From Lytechinus pictus (taxonomy: Eukaryota): 64,000 bases of DNA. The notes beneath the pieces were generated by a model. That model was not told the origin of the DNA. It did not search any database and saw nothing but the letters and a program-made list of their open reading frames with translations. The DNA is taken from contig NC_087250.1 of assembly GCF_037042905.1 (NCBI RefSeq), positions 9,054,001-9,118,000 on the forward strand, written 5' to 3'. Positions 38,561-52,787 of this stretch are shown in pieces. The position numbers and the translations under genes are program-made. The stretch's first letter is position 1, and each line of letters begins with the position of its first letter.

Positions 38561-39921
38561 ATTACCCCCCCCCCCCCTTCAATTCCAATAGCAGCCAGCA
38601 CTGCTAATTTGTGAATATCTGTATTGTTTGGCTTTTCTGAGCATATAGCTTTCCCACACAAGGGCCAGTCTGGAATAGGGAGACAGAGGGAAAAACAGAG
38701 AGAGAGCAAGAGAGGCGTGGGGGTGCTCAACCAATTAGGGAGGTGTAAAGCTGATTTTTCACCCCAACACTGTTCCATTTGTCGGTAGCCGCCACCCTTT
38801 TACACCCTATTTACCGTGTATACGGTAGGAGTTTCTTTCAATTTACAATGCACAGGCTTCTTTGGGATGAATGTGATAGGCAAATATTTGCACAGTTTTC
38901 ATTCGTCTCGGTAAATACGGCGTTTGATTGAATATTAACATTGAGAAAAATAATATTCCCAGACACTTACTGGGGTCGGTCTTTTCCGGAGGTTCTTCAC
39001 AGTTATTTTATATTTTATTTCAAAACTTCACTGAGGAGTTCCCTTGCATGAAATTGAACTAGTTGTACACGCTGGGGAAGGCTATGCCCACCCCAATTCA
39101 CAAAAACCCTGTTAATTATATTCATTTTGTACACAACGCTGTTAACTCTGTGGACCTTACATTAATTGTTTTTAAACGGTTTAAATAAATATTTAATATA
39201 TTCAAAACAAATCTATTTTTCATTATTAAATTCTTAATAAATTAAGCATTGTTGTCTGAATTGTTAAGCAACTAATGTAAAGTTTAATAAGTAAAGAGCG
39301 TTGCATAAAATTTTTTACCGCGTTTTCACTGTGTAACAAGTTGTTTTGAACAAATTGGATTAAAGGAACGTCACACAATATTCATAAAATATTTTACCGT
39401 AAACTTGATTGTCTTTGAACTAAACTATTCACTATAAGATAGAAATTTGGATAAAAAAGGTAGTATGTAGGCTTATACATATCCTGGAAAAAAGTGAATA
39501 ACGCTTTTCAGGTGATGTTGGAAATGCACAATGCACATTTTCTAAACAAACTCGTCAATCATCATTTTTGTAATGAAAGGAAACATATGTTCCTTGGACA
39601 TGTTAGAGTGTGTTCATGACCTTCTAAGGATATGGAGCTATATCTATTTCATTCTGACAATTAATCGATCGGTCAACGAGTTAGAATCGATATTAAATGA
39701 ACTCATTCTCTTTCTTAATTCATCCCCCCCCCCAAGTTTGTAGACAAGCAGCATGACGTAAGATGTTATTTATTTATTGAAAAATAGTGAAAATAAACAT
39801 ATATACGTATTACATTGGAAGTATTTCAGATTTTCATTTAATAATGCTTACATTGGTACCAATAATACGTAAAGCATTTTATCTGTTTTAATGGAGGATA
39901 AGAGAGTATTGTTGCTAGAAT

Positions 39922-40660
39922 GGGCCGTATGCATAAAAAGTAGCAATTGCTTGCAAGCAATTGCTTCAAGCACAAGCAATTGCTTGTCAAGCAAAAGATC
40001 AAGCTCAAGCAATTGCTTAAATCCGTATGCATAACATTTTGCTTGTGCTCAAACCTTTTGCTTGCCTCCAGCAAGCAATTGCTTACGATCTCAACAATAG
40101 CGACGTCACGCCGGTGCGAACATCATTCATGGGAGAACAAAGGCGGGTTTCGCATACTAGTAGTGTATTCAAATGTCATGCGTGTGGGGTAGCCTTTGCT
40201 CTCCACCGTTGTCAGACATCCTCCCCGTTTTTCATCATGTTCAGATATGAACCTGTGTGCTAACCACTCAACGTTCTCTTTGTCGAAACGGAATAGTTTC
40301 CGATAGGTCTCGGGAGCAATTTCTTCTCGATTTATTCTACTCCTGTACAACTTTGGTTTTTCTCTAACGAGCATAAACATGATGCTTAACCGCGAACGTC
40401 CCGATTAAGCAAGAGCTCAAGCTGCTATGACGGAGCTTGAAAAAACGTAAGCAATTGCTTATAAGAACAAGCAAAAGGTTCGTTTTATGCATACGTTTTT
40501 AAGCAATTGCTTGATCTTTAAGCAATGGCTTGCGGACATCAAGCAATTGCTTGTGCTTGCTAGCAAAAGCATTTGCTTGCAAGCACTTGCTTATGTTTAT
40601 GCATACGGATTCAAGTAAAAGGCTAGCACAAGCAATTGCTACTTTTTATGCATACGGCCC
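39922..40660 (-). mobile_element. PIF/Harbinger-superfamily deletion derivative retaining the transposase N-terminus
   Basis: Perfect 32-bp TIR GGGCCGTATGCATAAAAAGTAGCAATTGCTTG. ORF 40123..40380 (YRSR...FRFDKENVEWLA...EKRGGCLT) resembles N-termini of HARBI1-like DDE nucleases. Confidence 0.82.
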
Positions 40661-40691
40661 ATGGTCTTGCTCATGATCACACGTGGAATAA

Positions 40692-40880
40692 GGAGGCGCG
40701 ATAGCTCAGTCGGCAGAGCGGGGGGTTTTGGATTCCGGGGACAGGGATTCGATTACTCTTGGTGCGATAGTGCCCTTAGTAAAGCATTCATGCTAATTAC
40801 GAGGTCCCTCTGAGGGGACTTAAAGCCGTCAGTACTCTGGTTGGTTGCTTACAAGGTCCCTAAGCGATCAGGTAACCAAA
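40692..40880 (+). mobile_element. Decayed tRNA-headed SINE (family 3)
   Basis: A box TAGCTCAGTCGG, degenerate B box GATTCGATT, GTGCCCTTAGTAAAGCA core. Confidence 0.6.
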
Positions 40881-41149
40881 CAATCATCACCACCGAGCGG
40901 GTGGCCGGGAATCGAACCCCGGGCTTCCATGTGTCCAATCAGGCGCCTTAGACCACTGGTCCACGGCACCTCCAACAGTGTCACATGGAAGTCAGTCTTT
41001 TGAAAACCATATCTGAAATCGCCACTTTAATTGTGATTAATTGTTTTCATGATGATAATTCATAATTTAAACTCGATTTGAATTCTATAAAGTGAGTACT
41101 ATTCCTGAAAGTAAGTGTACAAGCGAGGCGAACGATTTACACATTTGTT

Positions 41150-41322
41150 TATGATAATAATGATGATGATGATAATGGTGATTGTGATTATGGTGGTGGT
41201 GATGATGATAATGATGATGATGATTGTGATGATGGTGATGATGATGATGATGGTGGTGATGGTGGTGGTAGTGATGATGGTGGTGTTGGTGATGATGATG
41301 ATGGTGATGATGATGATGATGA
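41150..41322. repeat. (GAT/GGT)n microsatellite
   Basis: Seen directly; explains the poly-H ORF. Confidence 0.95.
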
Positions 41323-41435
41323 TTAAAGAAAGGTGTAATTCCTGTGATTTTCCTCTGGGATAGCAAGGTGATGATGTCAGTAGAGTTCTTGAATTAACCA
41401 CATCATTCTTGTGGATAGTATAACATAAGGTCGTA

Positions 41436-41605
41436 CACTCCAAACAAGATTGAGTAAAAATGTTGGGTCGAAAGGGAACCTGCATGTTTTCAAGCTAAAT
41501 TTCAACGCAACATTGCGTAAAATTAACAACGTATTTGGTAATATTTTACCCAGCAAACATAAATGTCCCCATTTTACCCAATATTGGGTAAACTTTTTTT
41601 AGAGT
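41436..41605. mobile_element. CACTC-terminated MITE (ACCCAATATTGGGT family)
   Basis: Homologous to 54434..54626 and 61693..61914. Confidence 0.65.
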
Positions 41606-42364
41606 ATATACAGTGTTTGCTATGACTCTTGGTTATTCATAAAACGGTGCTAATTATCACCAATTTATTGTCATTGCTTGAACATGTTCAATATACTTGA
41701 ATTAACGTACATACCAATTTAAAAGCATAGATTCAGCTGAATTTCACACGGAACAATGTTACGCTGAATCGCTTGATTAAAAAAAAAGACATGATTTCAA
41801 ACTTCCAATAATGAAATTACTAATCAAGCGTAAATGGCGTCTCATGTATGTTTGTATATATCATTATCCTGTATGATTGATAATACTGCTGTTTTGGGAT
41901 TTTGGTCTATTCTTCATTCTTTTACAATCTATTTTGATTAAAGTTAAATTAATTCATTTACTTTTTCTAAATGCACATTTATCAAATTTTCAAATTTCTG
42001 TGGAGACAAATCAATAGAGACGGAATCTGTTACAGATACTGGACTGTAATAGAAGTCAAGAGGTACATGTACATCCTCGCACCTTGGAAAGGCAAACACC
42101 AACAATTAGGAAAATGATTTTTACGAAGCTGATTTTTCCTTAGCTTGTCTACTTTTCGATAAGATAAATGTCGACCAATGGTTTATCCGAGGTCGACCTC
42201 TTTGACGAGAACGCATTTATGAAACGAATTAACCCCTCCCCCCAAAAATGTTTGCATAATTACCGTGGGTGCATTACCTTAAGAATATGATTAGACTGAT
42301 TGATCTATATGACACAATACTTAGATTTACTCTAAGGTTTAAACTAGAAAGAAATATATTAGCA

Positions 42365-42480
42365 AATAATGATAATAATAATTAACAACAATAATGATAA
42401 TGATAATAATAACAATATTAATAATAATAATAATAGGTAGTAGTAGAAGTAGTAGTAGCAGCTGTATAGTAGTAGTAGTA

Positions 42481-42511
<31 letters not shown>

Positions 42512-42522
42512 ATTTTATTATC

Positions 42523-42554
<32 letters not shown>

Positions 42555-42568
42555 AAGTAGTAGCAGCT

Positions 42569-42629
<61 letters not shown>

Positions 42630-42710
42630 TAGTAGTACCAGCAGCTGTAGTAGTAGTAGTAGATTTAGTAGTAATTATAATAGTAATAATGGTAATAATA
42701 ATAATATATA
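42365..42710. repeat. (TAA)n/(GTA)n microsatellite
   Basis: Seen directly. Confidence 0.95.
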
Positions 42711-45077
42711 TATATTTTTTTTAAACCCTTCCACAGGGGTCCTTTATTGAAATCACTATAATACATATTTTTGACAATACATGATTAAATAATTAACACA
42801 GTATATGACACACAAGTTGAATATGTACAATACAATACAATACAATAATAATAATATTAATTATAATAATAACGATAATAATAAAAATGATTATAATAAT
42901 AATAAAATTAAAAAATATAAAGAAAATCAAGAAATACTCACGATATTGAGTGGCCATTGTGCTGATCTAAACTCCTGGAAAACAACAACAACACATAAAT
43001 AAAAAATGTAACATTATATTGGAATTGTTTCATGAAACATAGAATATAAAAGATAATCAATAAACGATAACAGTCAAAGAAATTCAAAATTATTTTGATA
43101 CCTTTTATTTCAATTCCAAATAAAAGGGAAAGAAAATATGAATCAAAGTTTACATACATTGTTGTATAAAGTATAAGAAAAAGAATACACAGTAATGTAT
43201 GTGTATGGAAATGAGAGGTCCACTAAAAGCAAATATTAAATAATGCGGTTCCCCTGATAGAGGTATTATTTCACATCATGGACCCTACCTGTTCAAATGT
43301 TCAATGCACAATTAAAGGCGAAAACTGACAATTATGCATGAAATGCATAAAAAATAAAAAAATAAAAACATGAGAAGAAGCTGATAAACAGGAGGGGAGA
43401 CAACAAAAGGGAGAGTGGAATATCGGGAAAGAAATACGATATATTTCATGGAAAGAATTGAAATTTAAAAAAGGCAAGAAGAATTATAGCGCTAAAAATA
43501 TATATAATACAGGTAAACATATAGAATATCGACAGTAACGTTTGTTTGTATTTATTTCCATATAAAAAGAATAAAATATATACAGGATCAAATTGTACAA
43601 ATCATATAAGTCATATAAAATATGGAGAATGGCCAATTTCAGCGGTATTAACAAAGTTCCACTGTTCTTCTAATGTTCACTAATCATGAACAGTTACCAT
43701 GTACATGATAAATTATAATTTGTTCCATTAATCGGTGAACAGCTCGCACGGATATTTTTCTTTTCATCTAGTTATTTGACTTAACATTCTGATATTTATT
43801 CAGAATGCTTTCGAAACCAGGGGAAGTGAAAAGACGTATTGTTGAAAATTTGGAATGATTCATACAGCCTTTTATGAGAGGGGAGCTTGTTAGCTTTTGC
43901 CATACGGTTGAGGACCATTCAAGCGTATGCTAACGTGGTTTAGATACAATTAAGTCTGCAATATCACGGTAAGGAATGGAGTAATGGGTTTTGAGGGGAA
44001 TAAAATAATCAACAGATAACTGCTTACCTGGAGGTTGAATAGTATACATATATTACCTATCTAGAGGTTGGATATTACATTTCATTCCCCAACGGAGTTA
44101 TATGTTCCCCTGGGGATTTTATTTTGCCCGAAGCGCAGAGCGCTGTGGGCAGAAATCTCCCTATAAAATGTCATTTATTAAACATAAATGTTTTAGTATG
44201 TAGTTTATATACGTAGATACAACGTAGCTATATTCACTTAGGTGACGTCAAAAACCTAAAATACAACAAATGGAACTTTGCGGCTATTGACCTATCACTG
44301 GCTAAATTGAATCCATAACCGACGTACTATATGTATTTAATACAGAAGGGACAATCAGAAAAAGAACTCCACACCAACATTCAGTAAAGAGTGATTTGGA
44401 CTATTGACTCTGTAATTGATAAAAAAAAATCAAATGAAAATATTTCATTTTTAGAATATTTGATGATTATGATGCTGAAAAAAAATCAGAGAAATGTACA
44501 TGCGTTTCGACATATTTATTTAAATTGTCACTTTTATCGAGTCTCGATTGATCGAATCTTAGGAGACCATATCGAGGTTTCATAAAATATATCATTGACA
44601 AATAATTTGTACGATCATTACAACGAGCACTGTGGAATGTTTTCCGTGTGCAAACTTGTGTACATTTATTTACAAATCTTGGTCGCGTTGCCGATAGGAG
44701 GATCTGCATATCATTAGTGATTTTGACACTGAAATGCTCATAACTTTCTTATTGCTTGTCCAAATGTTTTCAGACTTTCATTGATCTTATTCTTTCATTT
44801 ATATGCTATACAATAGGTTTCGTGCTCATTGAACCGATTTAGGATTTTGTTTGATGGTCTATCATATGTGAGAGCGTTATGATGCGGTAGGACTATGTAG
44901 TCAACTCTTGTTGGAATGCTCCCCAGTGAGTGGAGAAGGTGCATACATTGTATGCGTGCATGCCAGGATCCGATGACCGGGGTAATAATATATTTGTAAA
45001 GCGCTTAGACACGATGCTTCTGTGTATTAAGCGCTATATAAAAGCCGAATATTATTATTATTATTGTTATTTACAAG

Positions 45078-45300
45078 TGTAGGGGATCCACACTCTACAA
45101 GCAATGCTTTTTAGTGGATCCCCTCATTTCCATATCAGATTCTGTTAAAACTATTTTACGAATATTTTGGAACTTGTAATTGATTTGTAATAATTGTTAT
45201 CATATTTCATTTGTATTTGTTTATATTTATAATGTGTGTTTGATTTGTATTTGCTTATAATGTTGATAATGGAAATGGAAAATAAAAACTTGAACTTGAA
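45078..45300 (+). mobile_element. Isolated LINE 3' end
   Basis: AGGGGATCCAC...GTGGATCCCCT stem-loop and AATAAAA(CTTGAA)n tail; similar tails at 14340..14510 and 33470..33645. Confidence 0.6.
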
Positions 45301-46539
45301 CAAGAACACAAAATTAATCCGCTTCCCTTTCGCTCTATTGCAAACAACTGTTTATAAGTTTACTTGGCAACATAACTTACATCGACATACAACCTTTTAT
45401 ACGTCGAATGTGCGAGAGAGTGTATTTCACCAAGTCGACATACAACACTTTCTAAGCCAACTTGGTAAGATAAAATAACTTGCCATCGCGTCAAGTCATT
45501 AGCACTTTAGAGCTACCGGAACACCGCACTTCGTTAACCAAATTAAGACTGAAATGGTTGCATTAAACAAAAAGGGTTCATTCGTCGAGTGACCCCCTGG
45601 ATTAATCAGCGTAAAAGCACCAAACCGGTGAGCTATAAAGCCAATCAAATCAACAGCATATCGGGTAATAACATGGCTTTGCATGCACCCTGATATTATT
45701 GGTTTTGATCATGACGCCATTCTGAAAGTGAGTAGGGCCTACCCATTTAGTTGTTATCGCCCAACATAAACCTTTCAGTCCTATTACACTAATTATTGTT
45801 GGATACGGATACATAGCAAGCATAAAACAAGGCTTGGTTGTTAAATAGATGCATGAATACACGGGTATAGGGACCGGTGTAATTGTGTATTTGAGGGATC
45901 CTGGACAAATTTTCAAATTTTAAATATATATATTTTTCAATACCGGTAATTATTTTTTAATATAGCTATTACAAAAATTGAACGGGAAACTGGATTCCGG
46001 AAATAGCGGCGACCTTTGCTTTATATATTCAAAGAGAATGGAAGAGAGAGAGAAAGAAAGAGAGAGAGAGATTAGGGACGGGGAAAGACAAGGGGATATT
46101 AAAAAATGGACAAGATAGATCTGTAAAGAGGGATAAGTTTTTGAAATTTTGACATTAAAACAAATACAATTGTTGTGAGGTCAAGCATTTCAAGTCCATG
46201 GCCGTACGCTTTTTTTTTGGGGGGGGGGGGGGGAAGGGGCATCAAGCGTAAACCTTTTTGAGAAAGAAAAAAACCAACTCGAAACCAAGGGAGCGAAGCA
46301 ACCGACCTTGTCATTGGGACGCTGTTGCATTTTAAAAGTATAATAGAAGCATTTCGTGCATGCCTTTGGTGCAATTTGTGATAAATTTCAGTACAAAAAG
46401 TCAATCTGTTGACTACTGAATTATGTCATTACCATATGCTTTTTGTACAGGTATCACCTGGTTCCGTTAGGTAATGGGTTAAGTTTTCAAACTTTAGGGG
46501 GCAACCACCCCCTGCCCCCACTGCCTACGACCATGATCA

Positions 46540-46671
46540 GGGGCCCGTTTCATAAAGGACTTGCAACTATCATGGTAACCTTGATTCTGAATGGCTAATG
46601 AGCCCTGTTACCATGGTAGTGCCATAATGGCAAAGCTACAACAGTTGCAAGTCCTTTATGAAACGGGCCCC
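46540..46671. mobile_element. Short Harbinger-like MITE
   Basis: Perfect TIR GGGGCCCGTTTCATAAAGGACTTGCAACT; related elements at about 6030..6179 and 55535..55691. Confidence 0.8.
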
Positions 46672-49600
46672 AAGTCTACTTAATTTTAAACTACTATGGT
46701 AACAAAATTTATTATTAAAATAAGAAACAGCAAGTAAAAAAAAATATTCTCGATAAAACAATTATGAAAAATGGAAAGAAGACATATAATGCACGTGTCT
46801 CATAGAGTCTCGTGATAAAGTGACAAATTTTATCATCTGTCAATAAAGTTGCATATACAGTTAGTGATATATGAAGTACATGTTTATAGCAATCGTTCAG
46901 TAAATTGATAACAATATGGCTACATGAGTGTAAGCACGACTTCACAACACTTGCATAATACATGAGTACTCCTCTGTCGACGGCGCTTATCAGACAAGAT
47001 CTTTTATGATTATCCGTTACCATGGTAATATATGCCATTAAATAATACACGTAATCCAAGGATGGCGTTGAATCTCCAGAAATATATGTAGAAACACAAA
47101 TCGACTTAATCTAGATGGTTATTTCTAATTCACTTTTGTTTGTTTGTTTGAATATTTGATATAATATTCTACATTGTAAAGCGCTTTGATATGGATTTAA
47201 TGTAAAGCGCTATATAAGTTAAGTTATTATTATTATTGTTGTTTTTATTATCATATGTTTGTTATTTATGAAGGATCATCATGACATATTAATTTTATGC
47301 AATTTTTTCTAATGTAGCGCTATTATAAGTTTATTTCAATCGTTGAAGTAAAATGGTTAAATAATGTTATAGTCGGGACACCAATAGGGAGGAAATGAAT
47401 ATAAAAAAAAGGTAAACAAAGCCAAGAACGCAGGTTTACAATCTATTTTGATTAAAGTTAAATTAATTCATTTACTGGTGAAATAAGTACTATGACTCAG
47501 TATGAGTGAATATTTAATGATGAAAAATCATTCTACCATATGGGATCTCCCACCGCAAAAAAAATAATGAATAAATGAATGAAAATATCCTTACACTGAG
47601 CAACAGAAACTGTCACACTCTTAAAATAGTTGGGTAAAAAATGCCCAACTTGTAACCAATTCTGGGCAATATACCATCCACACAACTATTGGTTAAAATA
47701 TGTCAAATTGGGTAACAAAAACAAATGATTGGGTAACAAATTTGCTCAATTGGATAATAATTGCCAAATATATATATATATTTACCAACATACATTACCC
47801 AACACAGTGGACAGTATGTTGCCCAAACTTTTAAGTGTGCAACAATGCTATGAACTAAGTGACAAAAAAGAAACGCGTTTAAAGGGGCGTTTTCTCAGTT
47901 TTGGACGCGGGCCGCGCGTGCACAAGTTAAGGGTATAAAAACAAAAACCTTTTTAAAAAGGGTGGTTTTAAAAGACTGGTCAATGGTCAATCGCAGGGTC
48001 AAACGTATTTAGGGTATGTTTTTTTTCCAAAGCTTTTTTTAAAACGTGTTAAGGGTATGCCCCCCCCCCCCGGGGTGGGGGTTCCTCCTCGTTTCTGAAA
48101 AGTGTTTGGGTTCTTCCCCATTGTACAAAACTTACTTAGGGGTCATATTTTGGCGATAACTTGTTTAGGGGCCAAAATGTGTAAAAAGGAGCCCGCGAAA
48201 AACTTGCTTAGGGGGTGTTTGGAAATAATTTGGTCAGGCATGTGTACCGCAATACATTTGACTGCCCTCCCCCAGGGAAAAAATATATTTGCCACAATTA
48301 CCGTAGGCATGAGTACTACCACCAAAACAAAGTGTCACAAAGCCAACTCCATTTTGTTCCCTTGAATCACTTACAAAAAATTATTCAAGATTCACTGTTA
48401 AAATAAACTCCCCAAGAAATGTTACTTATTGGTCGTGCGTTTATTTTTCTACTGCAAATAATGTTGTCTTCTTTATAATCCTAGCAACATACGTTCATGT
48501 CCTTCAGTGGAAATATTAAAGAAACAAAAACGAAAAAGATATTTATTTTCCCTACTTCCATTACATTGTAAACACTAGAGAACAGATTTTATTCTTTTTT
48601 ATTAAGCGCTTTGAGCATGTTTGAATAATAATGAAAAAGAACCGCTTTATAAATGCCAAGCTGAATGTATTAAAGCATTAATGTGTGTATATATGTGTGT
48701 ATTTGAGGGTGTGGGTACATGCATGCATACATACATATATGCAATTCAACGTAATGCTTAGTCATCAATGGACCCTACTCATCCCATGTATTAATTTGAT
48801 TATATGGAAAACAAGTATTAGAAGTAGAGATTACAACAACGGAGCTGATGGCATAGACAAGTAAAAACGAGCAATTGTTTTTTTTTTTTTTAAGTGCAAT
48901 TCAAATATCAACATAATGCAGATGAAGTGTCGTTGGTCTGAAAAATAGCCCTTTTGTCCTGATCTTGTAGAAAAGATCGCAGGCCGACATGAAAAAAAAA
49001 ATATGCGTAATAATTAAAATACAAAAATAAGAATATAAGAGCAGCTAGGTTCATTAGGCCTAGAGCAAATAATAAGCATGACCGTAACGGTGACTACTCT
49101 ATCAACCTATTGGTTTGAAAACTGAAGTCCGCTTTTGCATGACAATTCAAAGGAATAAAACATGCATGTTAATTAGCATGATTAGAGAATACACATTTTT
49201 GTGATTTGAATGGTATCCATGATTGTTTGGTGTGCCTGTGTAATCATTATACGTATTATGGGATGAAAAATTATGATATCATGTGCATATTGTAGCAGTA
49301 CACTATATACATTGTTAAACATTTCAATCAACAAACGTGAAACATGCATAATGACACAATAATATATACAGTTAATATTTTCCTTTTCATGCTATTAACA
49401 TGGTCAATGGCGTTCCATATCAGTCTGTTGTAAAAATTGTAGAATGTATAACAAAACTTTGCATTCGTCAATCCTTTTAATAAGAATTTTGAAGAACAAC
49501 AAAATATGTTTAAACATTGACATATATGGCTAAGCGCGCCGCCACGCCCATTGCATTTCGCAATGCAACGATTGCAACCTGCCTCCAACTTCGGAAACAA

Positions 49601-49899
49601 TTCTAAAAATGTCGCTAAATCAATCGAACACAAAACTAATCTTCTTCATGGTGATGCATTTGAAAATATCATCAAAATACCATGCAATAATGAATATATC
49701 TAATTGCATAAATTAAAAAAGACTTACCCTATTTACTGAGCGGTAAGAACCTGTGGATATGTACACACGCCAGGAATATGAGGACTGTAGTATTAGCGCT
49801 GCTGGTAGCGTCACACACCAGTTGATCCGCCCCAGGGACGCCTGTTATGTTTATACTTGGTATTAAAAAAAGAGTAAAATATGGTGAACGTTCCACAAT

Positions 49900-50430
49900 T
49901 TTCTCTCCCTCTCTCTTTCTTTCTTTCGCTTTCCTTTTCTCTTTTGTCGAGCTCCCAACTCTCTGTCTGCATATGCCGGTCTGTATGTCTCTTTTTTATT
50001 TCTTTCTTTCTTTTTTTGTTTCCGTTTATTTTCCCTTCTCCCCTCTATCTTTCCCTCTTTCTCATATCTCTCTCACACACACACATACACACACACACTC
50101 ACGCACTCTCTCCCCCTTCTACTTCACTCCTTTTCTGTGTCCATGGTATTCCCCTCTTTCTTCATTCACTCTCTTTATTTGCTCTCCCTCTCTCCCTCTC
50201 CCTCTTGCCTCCCAGTTTCCCCAAACCCCCTCTAGGTCAATACCTCTGCCCACTCCCCTTCTCTCTCTGTCTATTTTCCACTCTATCCCTCTCTGTTTCT
50301 CGATCTATCTTTTCGTTCCTATATCTATTCTCTGCCTGGCAGTCTGTCTCTAACCCTCTCCCTCTAATGTCCCTCCTTCCCCCAGTCAATCTCTCTCTCT
50401 CTCTTCCTTCCCTTTTCATACACCCACTCT
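49900..50430. repeat. CT-rich low-complexity tract
   Basis: Seen directly. Confidence 0.85.
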
Positions 50431-50641
50431 CTTTTGATAAAAATGTATATTTTTCCTCGATCAAAATTGAATGGTGTTTTGTTCTCTGCCGTGACAATGG
50501 CACACACCTTCGCCTCCAATCGTCTCTAGGTCATGGGTATTGTATTTGGGGGGATGGGGAAAGAGGGAAGAAGAAGGGACCCGAGAAAAGGTGATATGGA
50601 GATGAAAGAAGGGAAGGGACAGAGAGAAACGGTAAATGCAG

Positions 50642-50926
50642 AGGCCCGTATTCTGAAGTCGAGTTTAAGTTAAACTCAGGTTTAAAGTTGTGGTTTAAGT
50701 ATGGATGGCCAATTGTTACATAAATCACTAACAGTAGAGATATCATATTTCAGCTCATTTGGCTCTTAAATCATTCATAGTTGTGTATGAAGTATAAATA
50801 AATTATTGTCTACACCATCGATGAATCAGGAAAGAGCAAAGTAAACATAAGAAACATACCCAAATTTTTTTTTAGCACAGACTTAGACCGTGGTCTAAGT
50901 TAAACCTGACTTCAGAATACGGGCCA
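50642..50926. mobile_element. Harbinger-like MITE (GGCCCGTATTCTGAAGTC TIR, CAG TSD), uninterrupted copy
   Basis: TIRs and a 3-bp CAG duplication. Confidence 0.85.
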
Positions 50927-52219
50927 CAGAGTCGGATATAGACATGGGGGGGGGGGGGGGGGCTAAAACTTAGACGATTGAAAATAAAGAGATGAAGTTA
51001 GATGGGGGGGGGGACATGGATGTCTTCATATAAATATGCCAGAAAGAGTTGGAGGTAGAGGGGCGGGGAGGGGTGGGAGGAAAAGAAAGAGAGAGAAAGG
51101 CTGAAACGCAAATGTGTTATATTATACTTTATAATAAACATGATAAAGGGGGGAGGGGGAGAAAGAGAGAAATATATCTACTGCGAAAACAATATCTACA
51201 TAATCTCCAACTACTCATATTCACTTCTGAATACGAAAAGCAAGCTAACATTATTACCTATATCATTTAAGCACTATACGACTTTTTTCTATTAAAAAAG
51301 CCACCCAAGTTCCAAAATGCTTTTATTTCATTCATAACAGATGTTCTATTCATTAATCATGTTATGTCGACTGCAAAGCAAAAATTAATTTATGGCATCA
51401 AAGCGTGGGCCGAGGGGATTTTTTCTAAAGAGAAAAGAATTTAAACTTGTGACTTGTGCTAAGGCCTAAATGAAGAGACTACCAATGCATGATTATGAAT
51501 TACAATTGCAGACGAGATTGAATAGATTGAGGATTTGATAAGACGCGAAAACGAATAAAAAAATGCCCAATAATTCATTGTCACCATATTTCAATTATCC
51601 GTGTAAAAAGGAGTGCCGTGCATTGAGTAGTCAGACAGTTCCGAATGACGTCATTCTCTTTCTCTTATGCTCTCTCTCTCTCTCTTTCTATTTCGCCATG
51701 GTCATGCGCAAAAGGAGAGGGGGCGTTGCCTGCCCATTTCTTTCTTCCTTTTTTTAAAATTTGTATTGCATGTAAAGAATGCAACATATGCAACATATCC
51801 TTCACTTTTATCGTAAAAAGCATTTTTTTAACTTTCTTCAAATTCTACTCAGAGTATAAGTTCTGTGAGCACTTCTTAGACTTGGTTTACGTTTGTACTA
51901 TTTGTTATTATCTCAATTAATGCGCTTGTTGATATGCCTACTAGTCTGCCACTTTTCTCTGTCTCTCTTTTCTCCCCACTATATCCCCTCACTTTACCCT
52001 CTCCTTACTACACAGCATAAACTGCGATGTTGATTAGAGTACATTGAGTGTAGAGTGCACGGTAAGAATCGCACCACCAATGTGTGCTAGTGTGTTTAAT
52101 CAACACCTATCAGTGCCTATGGGTGTTATTATATATATATATATACAGTATGTATATATATATATATATATTTACATCATTTAGTTGTAACGTAATCAAA
52201 TACTAGTGTGTTATATTAA

Positions 52220-52787
52220 AGGGATGCTCCAGGCTGAAGATATTTATATCTCAATAAATATAGTAAAATTCACCAAGTAAAATGCTGAAAATTTGAACAA
52301 AATCAGATGACAAATAACGAAGTTATTGAATTTTAAATATTTGCATTATTCCAGTGAAACAGTTCTCGGCATGTATTCATGAATATTCATTAGGTGGGCA
52401 GAGGATGTCATATCCCCACTTGTTCTTTTGTATTTTATTATATGAAATTTGGGTTATTCAAAAATGTTCTAAAAGAATTAAAACAATTGGATTGACAACT
52501 GATTTAGTGCATTATTTATTTCATGCGGCAACTTATTTCATCATAATGGAGACACATGCATGAAAAACAATTATGATTTCATGTAATAGCACAAGAAAAG
52601 GGGAAGTGGGGATGAGATATCATCAGCCCACCTAATGCCTAGAACTGTTTCACCGGAAAAATGCAAATCTTTAAAATTCAATAACTTCGTTTTTTGTTAA
52701 GCGATTTTAATGAAATTATCAGCATCTTGCTCTTCGAATTTTACTCTATTTAGTTAGATATAAATATCTTTAGCCCGTAGTATCCCT
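52220..52787. mobile_element. Kolobok-like MITE family 2, copy 2
   Basis: Homologous to 31390..31932. Confidence 0.8.

Noticed and set aside
39940..40640. CRISPR-like spaced repeats (AAGCAATTGCTT; also GAATCATGATT at 23 kb)
   Set aside because: Units of 10-12 bp, irregular spacing, confined to transposon subtermini, eukaryotic context, no cas genes.
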